The notes beneath the pieces were generated by a model. It was given only the letters and a program-made list of their open reading frames with translations. It searched no databases and was not told the DNA's origin. The position numbers and the translations under genes were made by a program. DNA of 26,052 nucleotides, from assembly GCA_029856435.1 (NCBI GenBank), contig JAHQXB010000126.1, forward strand, positions 1-26,052. Direction: 5' to 3'. This DNA is from Candidatus Jordarchaeia archaeon. GTDB taxonomy: Archaea; Asgardarchaeota; Jordiarchaeia; Jordiarchaeales; Jordiarchaeaceae. Position 1 is the stretch's first letter; each line of letters opens with the position of its first letter. This document shows, one piece after another, positions 25,774 through 26,052 of this stretch.

Positions 25774-26052
25774 GTATATGTTTAGCTGTTTTGCCACTGG
25801 AGGCTTAAGGTGGCTACTAGCGTCTCTGACGGGCCTAGTCCCCGCTGTTTCCATGTTGCCAGAACAATCATGATGGTCCCATGTATGAATGCGCCCTACT
25901 CGTTTCGGAGCATCCCCATAATCTTTCTATGGACAACGTGTTCTCTGAGGGCTCTCTCAACCCTATTGTTTGTGGCTCGACGCCTAGTGTGGTGAGGAAG
26001 GTGAACCAGTGGTCGAAGCCATTCCTTATCTTAACTGCGAACTTTCTAACCT
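25774..26052 (-). mobile_element. IS66-family element right end with inactivated transposase C-terminus (runs off the window)
   Basis: Minus frames give KIRNGFDHWFTFLTT.GVEP / TNNRVERALREHVVHRKIMGMLRNE*GA...LATWKQRG. One frameshift and one stop. Terminal GTATATGTTTAGCTG at 25774 fits IS66 GTA..GTT ends. Confidence 0.85.

Noticed and set aside
1-26052. CRISPR array, rRNA, tRNA
   Set aside because: No regularly spaced direct repeats, no tRNA cloverleaf with a GTTCGA T-loop, and no rRNA-like block seen by eye.

Overview
Archaeal-looking chromosomal window, inferred from a geranylgeranyl-reductase-family enzyme, a stand-alone LigD phosphoesterase, a COG4028-like ATPase, GGAGG/GGTG ribosome-binding sites with frequent TTG/GTG starts, and TATA-like promoters. 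About 20 intact genes are interleaved with at least 7 decayed ones. Intact genes: metallophosphoesterase, RHH-domain protein, a Cys-rich AbrB-fold (HgcC-like) gene plus arsenite methyltransferase arsM, Ltp3-like thiolase-fold protein, PaaK-like CoA ligase, VapBC pair, GGR-family flavoprotein, VIT1/CCC1 protein, GNAT, LigD 3'-phosphoesterase coupled to endonuclease III, P-loop ATPase, MscS channel, a 59-aa wHTH missed by the ORF track, acyl-CoA ligase, a two-subunit cytoplasmic Mo/W-bisPGD oxidoreductase and a 64-aa internally duplicated protein. Pseudogenes reconstructed across frames: a second VapBC pair, a radical SAM gene interrupted by a TnpB/IS605 right-end remnant, a corrinoid protein plus MtaA/URO-D-like methyltransferase, an MNT-HEPN pair and an IS66 end. 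Two ~56-bp IS200/605-end-like mini-elements and one CTAG-flanked MITE-like element are also present. No rRNA, tRNA or CRISPR array was recognised. All family calls come from motif reading by eye; no database search was run.
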